From positions 158,404,307 to 158,460,748 of the forward strand of contig NC_068982.1 of the NCBI RefSeq assembly GCF_001194135.2: DNA of 56,442 bases. The letters are read 5' to 3'. A program made the translations under genes and the position numbers. Source of the DNA: Octopus bimaculoides. Its lineage: Eukaryota. Each line of letters begins with the position of its first letter. Position 1 is the stretch's first letter. Shown one piece after another: positions 12,832 to 25,670 of the stretch. A model generated the notes under the pieces. It was not told where the DNA came from. It ran no database searches and saw only the letters and a list, made by a program, of their open reading frames with translations.

Positions 12832-12990
12832 TAGGCGCACGTTTTGCAGTATGGTATGGAACTTTCTTCCCAGCCACATAGCTCTGAGTTCAGTCCCACT
12901 GCCAAGCACCTTGGGTAACCGAACAATGAATTGTGAGTTGATTAGGCAGAAACTGAAAAAGTCCCGTCTTACACACACACACACACACAA

Positions 12991-13037
<47 letters not shown>

Positions 13038-13175
13038 TACACTCATATCCGCAGAAGTTGTTGCGTGGAGGTGCTGGAGTGATTGTGTGCTGAGAAGTTT
13101 GCTTGCAAACCACATGGTTCCGAGTTTAGTCCTAGTGCCTGGTGATTTGGGTAAGTGTCTTCTACTATAGCCCTA
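12832..13175 (+). mobile_element. Two diverged family B SINE 5' halves separated by (CA)n
   Basis: taggcgcac...gagttcagtcccactg (12832-12970) and ...aaccacatggttccgagtttagtcc...tcttctactatagccc (~13065-13175). Confidence 0.6.
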
Positions 13176-14094
13176 TTCCTCCTTTTCTCTCTCGTTGCTC
13201 GAACATGACCATCTGCCATCTTTCTTTTCCTAACTTGGGTTTCTTTTCTTCCAACCAGCGGCAGAGATCAGTCGCATTCTTGTCTGTCTCCTGTCAAGGA
13301 TTGTTCTTCCAGTGTTCACCACCTCACCTCGTTAAGGCTTAGCAGTCTTTACTTTTTGTTTCACTGTCCTGTTTTTGTTACCAATTTTGATCCTCCACCA
13401 AATCCTAATTTTTATTTAATTTGCTTTGCAGGAGCAACTGCATTCTCGAAGGCGTATCTTGTCGTGAATTGCATGAAATACGGAGTAGAAAAACACCAGA
13501 CAACTGATAAGGGGTCGTTCTTTCTGTTGCTTCTCTTGTTTTCCATTTGTTTCTTTCGTTGTTCACAAAAAATGTTCGTATTTCGTATTTGATGTTGTTT
13601 ACGCTCTATGACGTCCTTTACCCATATATGCATATGCATAATATATATGTAAGTATGTACATATATGTATGTATATATGCATATATATATTATTGATATT
13701 ATATATATATTTATATATTTATTTATCTATATCTATCTAACTATATATATATATATGTGTGTGTGTGTGCGTATATGTATGCATGTATGTATGTATGTAT
13801 ATATATATATATATATNNNNNNNNNNTTTGTATGTAAGTATGTATGTATGTATAAGTGTATTATCAGTGTATGTATATATGTATGTATGTATGCGTGTAT
13901 GTTTTTTGTGTTTGTCTCCCCATCAGAACTTGATAACCGGTGTTGGTGAGTTTACGTCCCAGCAACTTAGTGGTTCGGTGCAAGTTCCCGATATGTTGGC
14001 AAGCATTGCAAATATCGTTTGCTTGTTTCAGACTGCGGTCATGCTGGCGTACGGTTTTGAAGAATTTTTGATCGAATGATTCGACATTAGCACT

Positions 14095-14469
14095 TACCTT
14101 TTTCTATAAGCCTGGTATATATCCCAACGATCTCTTTTGCCGAACAACTAAGTTGCAGAGATGTAAACACGACACAGATTGCGAAGCGGTGGTGGGGGCC
14201 AACACACACACACACACACACACCTATCCCCCACCTACCCCCACACACCTACCCCCACACACCTACCCCCACACACCTAACCCCACCTACCCCCCATACA
14301 CACAGGACGAGCTTTTTCCAGTTTCCGTCTACCAAATTCAATTAGAAGGCTTTGATCGGAGTGAAGCTATAGTAGAATGCTGTCGCCGAAGGTGCGACAA
14401 AATTGGACTGAACCCAGAACTACATGATGGAGTAACAATCGTTTTACCATACAACAACACTTGCGCCTA
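14095..14469 (-). mobile_element. Diverged SINE family B copy
   Basis: tctcttttgccgaac...tttccgtctaccaaattc...cttgcgccta matches the reverse complement of family B. Confidence 0.7.
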
Positions 14470-14901
14470 AAATAGACATGTTTTTGATGTCATCTAATAT
14501 TTACAAATGCTTCAGAAAAAACTGTCCACTTCATGTTGTTTCAGGACAAGACTCCTCAGAGAGACAACTTTGTTATTTATCAAATCTTTTCTATTACGAC
14601 GAAATATATAAACCAACTTAAGTTTTCTTTCAAACGGCTTTTAAATGAGAACAAAGAACTCACGAATGGTAAACATGATATTTCATTTCATAGAAACGAT
14701 TTTTCATATTTCACTAATAAAATTATATGGCCTTATATGTTTAGCAAAGTAAATCACGTCTTTTTGATTTACTGTTTTCTGTGAAGCTTTGCTAATATTC
14801 TATACTAATGTGCCAGAAGGTTTAAGTATCAGTATTCGTCTGAAAATTCTTGAGCGTGATAAAACCTACTTACAGTGAGAAAACTAATTTATCTCTCTAT
14901 C

Positions 14902-14955
<54 letters not shown>

Positions 14956-15189
14956 GTACAGGGGGCGCTCAGACTCTGCATAAGGAGCAGACAACCACCA
15001 GAGATAGAGAGAGAGGGAGAGAGGGAAGGAGAAAGAGATAGATAGATAGATAGATAGATAGATACAATTCTAATAAAAGAAATGTATCTATCTATCTATC
15101 TATCTATCTCTTTCTCCTTCCCTCTCTCCCTCTCTCTCTATCTCTGGTCGTTGTTTGCTCCTTATGCAGAGTCTGAGCGCCCCCTGTAC
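14956..15189. repeat. Near-perfect fold-back inverted repeat (~110-bp arms, 16-nt spacer)
   Basis: 14956-15066 versus the reverse complement of 15083-15189: 2 substitutions and one GATA-unit indel. Confidence 0.9.
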
Positions 15190-15425
15190 CTACAACTCAG
15201 AACCATCATGGCACCTGATGTGGTTTTTTAAACCAGACAATGTTTTGAAAAGACTGATTGCATATCCGATTTGGACCGCCAAGAACTGGAGATATGTTTT
15301 GATTTTTGTGGATCTTAATTTTTCTCTTGAGGCGTCCGTTAGATCTGCAAAAATTCTGGCATACATTGTAATGAATGGTGTGCAGAACAAGTGGAGGTTC
15401 ATTTTCCATGGGTTCGCAAATGAGA
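15083..15425 (-). mobile_element. Probable LINE (RTE-like) 3' end with two degenerate C2H2 zinc fingers and a (GA)/(GATA)n tail
   Basis: 'YNVCQNFCRSNGRLKRKIKIH' and, across a frameshift, 'RICNQSF/KTLSGLKNHIRCH' show C-x12-H-x3-H spacing. A stop at 15190-15192 is followed by a short UTR and a simple-repeat tail. Confidence 0.5.
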
Positions 15426-15552
15426 ATTCAAATTTTGGCACCAGACCAGCTATTTCGGGGCAGGATATAAGTTGATAACATCCACTCCAGTGTCCAACTG
15501 GCACTTATATAGACTGCGAAAAAAGAAAAAAAAATGAGATGGACCTCAGCGG

Positions 15553-15606
<54 letters not shown>

Positions 15607-15647
15607 CATGCATATGCATACACACACACACCCATACACACACACAC

Positions 15648-15688
<41 letters not shown>

Positions 15689-16063
15689 CACACACACGTA
15701 CACACACACACACACACACACAGATATATATNNNNNNNNNNNNNNNNNNNNNNNNNNNNNNNNNNNNNNNNNNNNNNNNNNNNNNNNNNNNNNNNNNNNN
15801 NNNNNNNNNNNNNNNNNNNNNNNNNNNNNNNNNNNNNNNNNNNNNNNNNNNNNNNNNNNNNNNNNNNNNNNNNNNNNNNNNNNNNNNNNNNNNNNNNNNN
15901 NNNNNNNNNNNNNNNNNNNNNNNNNNNNNNNNNNNNNNNNNNNNNNNNNNNNNNNNNNNNNNNNNNNNNNNNNNNNNNNNNNNNNNNNNNNNNNNNNNNN
16001 NNNNNNNNNNNNNNNNNNNNNNNNNNNNNNNNNNNNNNNNNNNNNNNNNNNNNNNNNNNNNNN

Positions 16064-16209
16064 AAAATTTAGAAATAGCAGTCAAAGAGCTACTGATTCT
16101 AAACTACAAATTTTTCTCTAAATGGATGGCCATCCATTTATCGCCATCCATTTAGAGAAAAATTTGTAGTTTAGAATCAGTAGTTCTTTGACTGCTATTT
16201 CTAAATTTT
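16064..16209. repeat. Near-perfect fold-back inverted repeat (67-bp arms, 12-nt loop)
   Basis: 16064-16130 versus the reverse complement of 16143-16209: 1 mismatch. Confidence 0.9.
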
Positions 16210-16991
16210 CAGTATGTTGGAGAAGCAACTCAATGCTAATCCCTGTATATTTATGATGATATATATATATATCATATCCTGAATATTGAATTCATTTCAG
16301 CAGACACCGTGTGCGCAACAGTTCAATTGCTTCCAGGACATATTCTGCACCAGAACACACACTTCCTCACCTACTCCTCCATTTCTCTCGCTTTTTCTCT
16401 GTCAACAGTCAAATTATTCTGCAATTTCTCTCGAGGAACAATGTCTCCTCAGTAAATTCTACCTTTGCAACACCTGCTCAAGTCAAAGTATAGCCGATGA
16501 TATAATAAACAACATCAAACATATATTTAGAAATGAGGAACATGAAAACATTTACCTCTTCAGGAAATTCAATGATAATTATGAAGATAAAACATCTACT
16601 GAACGGCCTTTAGGCACACATTGAATATCAACTGAGTAATAATTCATGCGTGTGTGATTGTACGTGTGTGGGTGTGTGAATAACGAGATAGAAAGAGGGA
16701 GATGCAGCCATACATAAACACTCGTAAAACATACACAAATAAAATATGAGTATTACTATCAAAAGTCATATTTCTATGATGTTTCTCGAATAAACAGACT
16801 GGGGGAAATTAATAGACGAATCAATATACATTTTCACATTCTAAATTGAAATGGATTTTCAGCAAATTTAAAAAGAGAAAATGAAATGGATCTGTCCTCT
16901 CTAATTAACGTTTATTTCAGAGGTATTTCTGTATTTCTTTCACACATATATTTATATACGTCAATGTGCGTATGTGCACGAGTGCTAGTTA

Positions 16992-17317
16992 GAGATGTTT
17001 GAATGGTTACGGTGCCCCAACCACCGTATTCCCAGACATTGCTCCTTCTGATTATCATTTATTCTGCAGTCTTCAAAATCATTTGGACGATAAAATAAAA
17101 AAATTTGTAGACGAGGTTAGACTAGTACTGAAGGCGTAATTTTCGTCACGGACAAGTGAATTTTAGGAAGCGGGGCCTCGCAAGTCTACCAGGTAGATGG
17201 AAAAGCATTGTTAAAAATGAAGGAAAGTATATTTTAGATTAAACAAAGGACTTCGTGAAACTTATTTTGAAAAATTAAAGAAGTATAAAAACGCGTTATT
17301 TATGGGATGATCCAATA
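16992..17317 (+). mobile_element. Mariner (Tc1/mariner) transposase 3' remnant with right TIR
   Basis: 'VPQPPYS/PDIAPSDYHLFCSLQNHL' (YSPDLAPSD motif with a 1-nt frameshift). It ends ttatttatgggatgatccaata-TA. Confidence 0.8.
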
Positions 17318-17990
17318 TATACATACATATATACAGACACACATACGCACATTCACACACACATATGTACATATGTCTATGTCCGTGTGTGCCTGCGTGT
17401 ACGAACGTGAGTGTGTGTTTCTGTACATCATTTTATAGTATCAAGTTTCCTTGGTTGTTACGTGTATGAAGAGTGCACTGGATTTTCTTATTAGAGCTTG
17501 AAGGCGCGTGAGAGAGAAATAAATGCAAATGGTTTATGACAATTAGTTTGTTTGATCAATGCCTGGAAAAAAAGCGGTGGGTTGTATTCTTTATCAGGAT
17601 ACATGTTGCTCATGTCTACTCAGCTATTCTACGTAGTTAAACACGTTTTAACTCAAAATTGTTTCACAGTACCGGCGTCGTTTCGCAATAAGCTATGCAG
17701 TTTAATATACGAAGTAGGATATTAACCTCCCAGCTAACTGCAGTTTTTAGTTCACTGTAAGCGGGAGAGTAATGTGGAGTTAAACTTAATGCTGACATAA
17801 TGTGTGGTAAGTCTTTAACTGAAACACAATTTCCATTCATCAATTTCTGTCACAAGGGACGGAGCGTTTTGAATTTATGTATAATAATATTTAACTAAAA
17901 TTACAAATAGAGGTATCGAAAGAAGAACTACAGTTTAGGAAATGAACTTTTAGACATTCATCGTAATACCACTGCCATGCACTCACACAA

Positions 17991-18026
<36 letters not shown>

Positions 18027-18114
18027 GTATATACAAACGTATATACAAATATATATATGTTTGTGTATATGTGTGTGCGTGTATGCACGTGTGTGTGTGT
18101 GCGTGTGAAAGAGG

Positions 18115-18150
<36 letters not shown>

Positions 18151-19164
18151 NNNNNNNNNNNNNNNNNNNNNNNNNNNNNNNNNNNNNNNNNNNNNNNNNN
18201 NNNNNNNNNNNNNNNNNNNNNNNNNNNNNNNNNNNNNNNNNNNNNNNNNNNNNNNNNNNNNNNNNNNNNNNNNNNNNNNNNNNNNNNNNNNNNNNNNNNN
18301 NNNNNNNNNNNNNNNNNNNNNNNNNNNNNNNNNNNNNNNNNNNNNNNNNNNNNNNNNNNNNNNNNNNNNNNNNNNNNNNNNNNNNNNNNNNNNNNNNNNN
18401 NNNNNNNNNNNNNNNNNNNNNNNNNNNNNNNNNNNNNNNNNNNNNNNNNNNNNNNNNNNNNNNNNNNNNNNNNNNNNNNNNNNNNNNNNNNNNNNNNNNN
18501 NNNNNNNNNNNNNNNNNNNNNNNNNNNNNNNNNNNNNNNNNNNNNNNNNNNNNNNNNNNNNNNNNNNNNNNNNNNNNNNNNNNNNNNNNNNNNNNNNNNN
18601 NNNNNNNNNNNNNTATACATATATCTGTGTTTGTATTTGTGCATGTATGTGTTGATACTCTTAGTATATTGAGATAGCTATCAATTTCCAGTTCTTTTTC
18701 AAACGCAATGTAGTTTTGCTTTGATGAAGCACAATGTCAATATACATGGTAAGGTTGGGTGGGAGCAACATGCTGTTTAAATAAGTGTGAGAATATATAT
18801 GTGCGTAAACAGCTAAGAGAAGCAGTATGCAAGACGAAATAAGAGATCTTTGTTGTTATTTTACTCATACAGGTATTTCAAGAGGCATGTGTCAGCGTAA
18901 TTTGAGATATGTATGCGAATTATGGCTGGATGTTTAAGAATTTTGCTTCGCAATCACAGGATCCCAGGTTTGATCCCAGCGTTTGGCATCTTCAGTGAAT
19001 ATCGTCTAAAGTCTCAGGTCATCCCATATACTATGAGTGGTATTAAGTTGACAAACTGCATATTAAACTGTCGGGTACCTGTACTTCAAAAGGATCAACC
19101 TTGTCCCATTGTGTCATGCTGGATCTCTGAGAATCGACGGAGTGCTTCTTTAAAATATATATAT

Positions 19165-19654
19165 AGGCGCAGGAGTGGTTGTGTGGTAAGTAGATTGCTT
19201 ACCAACCACATGGATCCGGGTTCAGTCCCACTGCGTGGCACCTTGGCAAGTGTTTCTACTATAGCCTCGGGCCGACCAAAGCCTTGTGAGTGATTTTGGT
19301 AGACGAAAACTGAAAGAAGCCCGTCGTACATATGTATATGTATATATATATATATATATATNNNNNNNNNNNNNNNNNNNNNNNNNNNNNNNNNNNNNNN
19401 NNNNNNNNNNNNNNNNNNNNNNNNNNNNNNNNNNNNNNNNNNNNNNNNNNNNNNNNNNNNNNNNNNNNNNNNNNNNNNNNCGCTTGACAACCGATGCTGG
19501 TGTGTTTACGTCCCCGTAACTTAGCGGTTCGGCAAAAGAGACCGATAGGATACGTTATTAGGCTTACAAAGAATAAGTCTTGGGATCGATTTGCTCGACT
19601 AAAAGGTGGTGCTCCAGCATGGCCGCAGTTAAATGAGTGAAACAAGTAAAAGAG
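19165..19654 (+). mobile_element. tRNA-derived SINE, family B (full length; internal microsatellite and gap)
   Basis: Head AGGCGCAGGAGTGG..GTGTGGTAAG...GGTTCAGTCCC (A/B-box-like). Body shared with the copies at 45118 and 41406. Confidence 0.85.
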
Positions 19655-21045
19655 TAGTTATTTATTTCTCTTTGAAAAGTGGACATGACATTCTCGAAAT
19701 CATTTTATGATGTTTTTCTTAATAATTATTTTCAAATGTCGCAAATCATTCATCATTTTGTTTAATTTTGAGTATGTTGGTTGAGTAGTTGTGATCTTTC
19801 AACAAAAAGTACGGCAGCGAGCTAACTTCTATTATCCTTCTTTCAATAAATGATTGCTTGGAAAAACAGCAATATAATAATAGCGGGAAAATTTTATAAC
19901 AAACCATAAAAGCATTGAGGTGGTGTTGCATGTATATCAGTTCATTCTCGCACCGTATTGTAAAGTATCATAATTATTTTATTTCAAATTCGAAGAGATT
20001 TAGAATTTTTCGTAACAATAGAATTACATAAAGATTTTCCATTTTTGAAACTTTGACATTATTAATTATTGTCAAGGGCAATATCATTAATTTCAATACC
20101 TCCAAACTACTTATTTGTGGGCAGAAGAAGCAATAACGATTTCAATAAAAAATTATTTAATACGCACTTTCATATTAATGACAAGAAATGTGAGTGTATG
20201 TGAACAAGCGTAAATCTAATTCAGAATTAATTGAAATAACCACATCATTATCATTTATTGTAGTAGTAACAACCTACATTTGAGAAGGCACTGTAACAGC
20301 TTCACATCTTCTACATGCTTTAATTGATGACATTATTATTATAAGATAGATATTTGATTTGTAGTATGTTTTCCCACTTGATTGCTAAGTCGCCTTGGTA
20401 TTAAACTGGTTGTATGTAAATGTTATCACCAGTAAATTCATAGAAATTCCTTCTGATACTATCCCCTTAAATAAAATCGTAATAATGTAATTGATGATGT
20501 TGTAAAATGATCTAGGCGCTTTAGCAGAAAATGTTGTTGATTGTGAATTATAAAGATTAACGCTCATGTCGGCCGATTATTTGTCATATTACATACTCTA
20601 ATTTCAGTTAAATAGTTCCGAGTAATCTCTAGCGTGTTGCGTTCTGTAGTAGACATGTAACAAAACCATGCGTAATGCAGTCAGTACTCTCGACTAGTCT
20701 AGAGAGAGAATCTCCGATATAGACCTTAAAACTTAAGAGTTAATGGATACAACTACAAATTTCACTGAAAATGTAATATTCATTATCTGTATTTCAGTAG
20801 AAAAGAAAGCAAAGGGGGCTTAGAATCATTACAGACAACTTGTGAGTGCCATATGATATGATTTCAGACAACTCCTGCTAAACAATATCAGCAAAATATC
20901 AACCATATACATGAAAATTAAGCGAACAACATCCTGCAAGTTGGTATTTTACTGCTCAAGAAACGCCCAGTTCCTGATTACTTCATATATGAACCCCCCA
21001 GCCACCACCATCCCCACAAAAATGGAAGAAAGGAAGAAACTGTAT

Positions 21046-21171
21046 TCCCGAAAAGGCCAAACAGGAATAAATTTTCCGTAAACTTGAAGAGGATGATATC
21101 AACCCGAATCCCGAAAAGGTTAAACATGAGCAAATTTCCCGTAAACTTGAAGAGGATGATATCAACCCGAA
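21046..21171 (+). repeat. 63-bp tandem duplication (2 copies)
   Basis: tcccgaaaagg..aaaca.ga..aaattt.ccgtaaacttgaagaggatgatatcaacccgaa occurs at 21046 and 21109. Confidence 0.85.
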
Positions 21172-24100
21172 GTGTAGTGTTTCTTGTTGTCACTATCCTC
21201 AAAGGTTTTCTTGCTGCATTCGAAAAGCAGGTAATATTTATGAAATTTCAAGTGAATAAATATATCAATGACACACTTAAACTCTCATGATACAACGTAA
21301 ACGTTGATTACGTCAGTTATTTGTGAATCATATAGCATATGTCAGCAGAACCCGATAATTTCATCGGGGTATAAAGTCCAACTACGACATGATGTTGCTA
21401 AAATAATGATGCCTATACAGAAAAGAGTCTCCTGGTATAAATGTAAACAGCACGCATGATATTGAATATATGAATACATATTAACATAAGGAATATTGGT
21501 TAAACAATCCCATTAAAACTTGTAGAAAGTGCTTAATTGAAATAAATATTTGAGTAAGAAAAGAAAGAATGTTGTGCAGATCAGCTTCTTGGCAAATGTG
21601 GGCATATCTTACAAAACCAGCGAAAAGAAAATATTCATAGTTAGTTACTTCGAAATATGTTACACCTCCATCCTGATTATAAATCAGAGTTATATGAAAA
21701 TGATTGTTGCTCTTGGTTATGTTAGCAAATGTCTGTGCAACAAACTAGATGAGCCAGGGTTCTGAAGTGAAGTGGCCCGTTAACAAGCACTTTATATATA
21801 TAAACTAGGAGTGGAACAAGATGAATATATAAGAATTCGCAAATTCCAATATTCGAACATATTTGTATTGTTACAAAGACGTCTGCAGCTTCAAGAAGAA
21901 TTCTAATAAATAAAAAGTGAAAACATACATACATAGACACATATAGAAACACGCATATATACATATACACATACAGATACATATACATACATCATACAGA
22001 CTCAGACATTCACAAATTGCTTCAATGTAGATATACTCCAGATTACCATTACTTCTTGTAAGTGTAATATACGAGATGTATTTATAGATGATTGCAGTAA
22101 TACAGTTTATTAGAAAAATGTTCTCATCTTAATCTGTCATTGTGAAAATTGCTATAAAACATGACCACTTCGGTTGGGTTTTATATCAGGTACAATAATA
22201 TCAAATAAATTTAACTGTAAAAAACTTGTCCAATATTTTATGCATGCAGTAAGGTAGAAGAGTTTTCTGTTTCAGTTCATTTATATTTCCTTATACTTTC
22301 TTTTCCCATTTCTCTTCAAACGAAATGCCTTTCATTGTTAGCATCTATAATACTTGCATCAGCAATTGTATTGGTTATAATAAAAATCCGAACAAAGCAA
22401 CAAATCCGTGTCACAGGAATTTGTAGGAAATTCAAAGAATTATCTGAATACATTGATGTATAGGAAACATATTTTTTCTAAAAGTTTATCCACCAATTCC
22501 AGTCTGCCCCTATTCTTATTTTAAATGTGGACGTCATCTTCACCTTTTCTTTGCTAATATCACATGTTAAACATAGAACACATATACATATAATAAACTT
22601 CCAATGCTGCAGCGGCTGCATTGGCGTCAAGTAACTATTAGAAGTCCTTTACTTCTGCCAGCATGACCTCATATCATTCTCGGTTGGATACAACTCTCAT
22701 TGTGACTATCAACATCTTTTATTATCCGATTGACGGCCACAGTTAATTCCATTGCATTTAATGATTTCTAACATCAAAACGAGATCTGATGCATTTAAGA
22801 AGAGGTAAATTCGATTGAATAAACCATGGTAATTGCATCACAGATTGAAATCCTGCTAGAGTTGACTTCATCAGGATTTGAACTAAGATAAGTAAACTGC
22901 TGAGAAGAAATACAGTTCGGCTTGACACTTTAACGATTCTGAGGAACACTGTACAACTTATTCAACCTCATAGTTATAAGCATTATGACTACCTTCTCTG
23001 TAAAGTACTATCAGCTGTACAATGCTACGTAGCTACGTACTTTGTATCAGTAATGCCACATAGTTGAATTATTGACAATCAGTCCATATCTAACCTATAT
23101 TGAAAAGATCCACTGTATGAGTCCTTCTATGAGGTATTTCAGAAAGTTCTGATATTCTAGAAAGTTTTCACTGTAAGCGCAGTAGTGAGTACTCTGAATA
23201 AGAATTTTTGTGTACAATGCCAGTGTCTGAATAAACGTGTTCTGCCATATCATCATGCCTTTATCTATAGTCCAGTTTAAATCCTGACTAACACATAGCG
23301 GAATCGGGTCTTATGTCGGCGGATACCTTAACCAGCACAGAAGCACAAAGGCTGAGATATAACAAATTTCATTTATTTCAGTCTCTAAGTGCAAAAGAAC
23401 TCATCCAATAATTATTTAACGAAAGAGCAGGTTTGATAAGTTATTCTCTGGAAATGCTGACCTAACAAAAACTTAGGATGGTCATAACAAAAATACCTTT
23501 GAACATAGGTCTTAATGAACACAAACTGGCATAGAAATAAAATAACATAACGAAGATCAGCAAACACTGCCGTCACATTCTCTGCACTTAAGTAAGTACT
23601 TGAAGAATACTATTTGTAGAAAACAAAATTTTCTATCGATCAGTCTGTGACATAACTACTCAGTTATTTATTCAAAACTGTCTTATCTTAATGCTGCCAG
23701 TACAATGAATGCTATTTTGCTTGTGAATACTTAGAAATACATCAAATCACAAACCCAACGTAGGTGTGCTTATCAAAAATTAGAACATGCAGAGCTCTTT
23801 TTACTAGCTTCAAATAACCAACATATCCTGTACGATCTTGACAAGAATGGTTATTTTATTGGCTTCCTTTGCTTCAGTTTTTAAAGGCAATGAAGAACAA
23901 TGAAGACACATATGTATACACAAATATATTAATGCGTGTACAAGTGCTTGTATTTGTGCATACATTTGTGTGTGCGTGTATGTCGGTATGTGTGTGTGCG
24001 CGTGTGAATCTACGTATGTATGCTATGTACGAAGGGTGCATAAATATGAGTTCTCTGTTTATCTATGTTTGCACACAAACACTTACCCATACACTTACAT

Positions 24101-24906
24101 ACACATACGGAGACACACACACATACACACACACAAACACACACACACAAGAGTTGATATTCATGTGACGCTCAACAAAGATCATATCTATGTACATATT
24201 ACATATACTATTCCAATTCTTTCTACGAAGAAACCCCACTGGTATAGATCATGATAACACATCTTTATTTCATTTCATCTCGGATTATAGGTGTCTTCCT
24301 TGTCTTTAACATGCTTTTTGTCAATTATCCAAAAGATAATAAAAAACTTCCTTTCTTGTCTCCTAGCACGAATTTACGGATCGTGTGCTGATTGAGTCTA
24401 CATGTACTTATTAAAGCGAACAATATTAGAAATTTCTTAAACAGGGTCCAAATAAAAGTAAAACCGGTGACATGATATTACATGAATCTCAATGTTTTTC
24501 TTACAATGGAAGAGTTATTCAGGTACAATGGGAAATGAAAGGTGTAACATCTTCAACGTCCTCACTGGGAGAATTGTTGTTATTTGAGTTGGTATGACTT
24601 ACATATTTGACTATCGTAAAACGGTGTATGGGGAAGGAATATTTATCCATACATGAGTACAACATAATTAAATAAACGTTATAAGCATAGTACAGTTAAG
24701 GAGATATATATATATATATATAGGAATGGATGGCCAAAGATCATCCTCTCTCAATCAATTTGTCTCTTAAACAAATACTAAATACAGCCACGTTCTCCAC
24801 GTAAATGCAAGTGAATTTTCGAATTCCAGTTAGAAGCAAGACAGTTGCGGCATACATCCACGTCTTTCTATCTCACTTAACATTTGGAAAAAAATATATA
24901 TGTGTA

Positions 24907-24935
24907 CTAGACTACTCGTGACCCGTTGGGTCACC
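24907..24935 (-). mobile_element. Helitron-type 3' terminus
   Basis: Minus strand: GTGACCC-AAC-GGGTCAC hairpin, 7-nt spacer, then CTAG|T. Confidence 0.5.
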
Positions 24936-25075
24936 AGGAAACTGAGTTTCCCAGCAACAGAATTTTGTTTCGTTGGTTAATATATTTCTTTTCAAGGTTA
25001 TTTCTCATGCTTTTAAAGAATGTGACATCAACATAATCACGCATAAACGACTCCTTTCTTCCAAAAAGAAAGATC

Positions 25076-25180
25076 TGGTTGCTATTTCTTGCACGCCCTG
25101 CTACCATTTAACAGGTATTTCGGGTCCTTTATCACAAATAGCTGTTACGTGGTAGCAGGGCGTGCTAGAAATAGCAGCCA
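25076..25180. mobile_element. Small fold-back element / MITE (~105 bp)
   Basis: 31-bp arms TGGTTGCTATTTCTTGCACGCCCTGCTACCA and TGGTAGCAGGGCGTGCTAGAAATAGCAGCCA (2 mismatches). Confidence 0.55.
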
Positions 25181-25497
25181 AATTTTGGGAAGTGAGATAC
25201 GTTGAATGCGCTCGAAAAAAATCTATGGAAAAAAAACTATTTCTCACCGAAGTTACGAACGGATCTTTTACGAAATATTTACCGTATTTAAAAAAAAGTT
25301 TTTGGAATATGTCAAACAAATTTTTGTAATGGTATTCACTTGAATATAATTATAAAAAGCATTAAAATATTGTCTGTTTAAAGAAAGCTGAAACATAAAT
25401 ACTTACTGTGCAAACAACTTACATTTTTGAAATCACATTCACTTAATATTTCTAAATAATTAAAATTTTACAGAGATGTAATGTATAGAAAGGGACT

Positions 25498-25670
25498 TTA
25501 TCTGAGATCGTGTGCTGAAATAAAAACAGTTACAGCGTGGAAGATGTTTGTAAGCCATTTAAGAACACGCAAAAACCATTAATTTCACTTCACCATTTAA
25601 AATTAATTTGTGTCAAAATATTTTTATCGCTTTAAAACCGCGGTCTGTTCACTAACAAAACTTCGTGCTG
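25498..25670 (+). repeat. Unclassified interspersed repeat (second copy at ~53588-53762)
   Basis: atctgagatcg.gtgctgaaa.taaaaca.tt.cagcgtggaa...aaaccgcg..ctgtt.act.a.aaaa.ttcgtgctg is shared by both loci. Confidence 0.7.

Noticed and set aside
13180-13400. Possible RTE endonuclease N-terminal relic on the minus strand (IKIGNKNRTV..., SLNEVRW)
   Set aside because: Only two weak motif echoes, with stops and frameshifts; not enough to call.
21046-21171. Short direct repeats as a possible CRISPR array
   Set aside because: Only two adjacent copies, no unique spacers, eukaryotic context, no cas genes.
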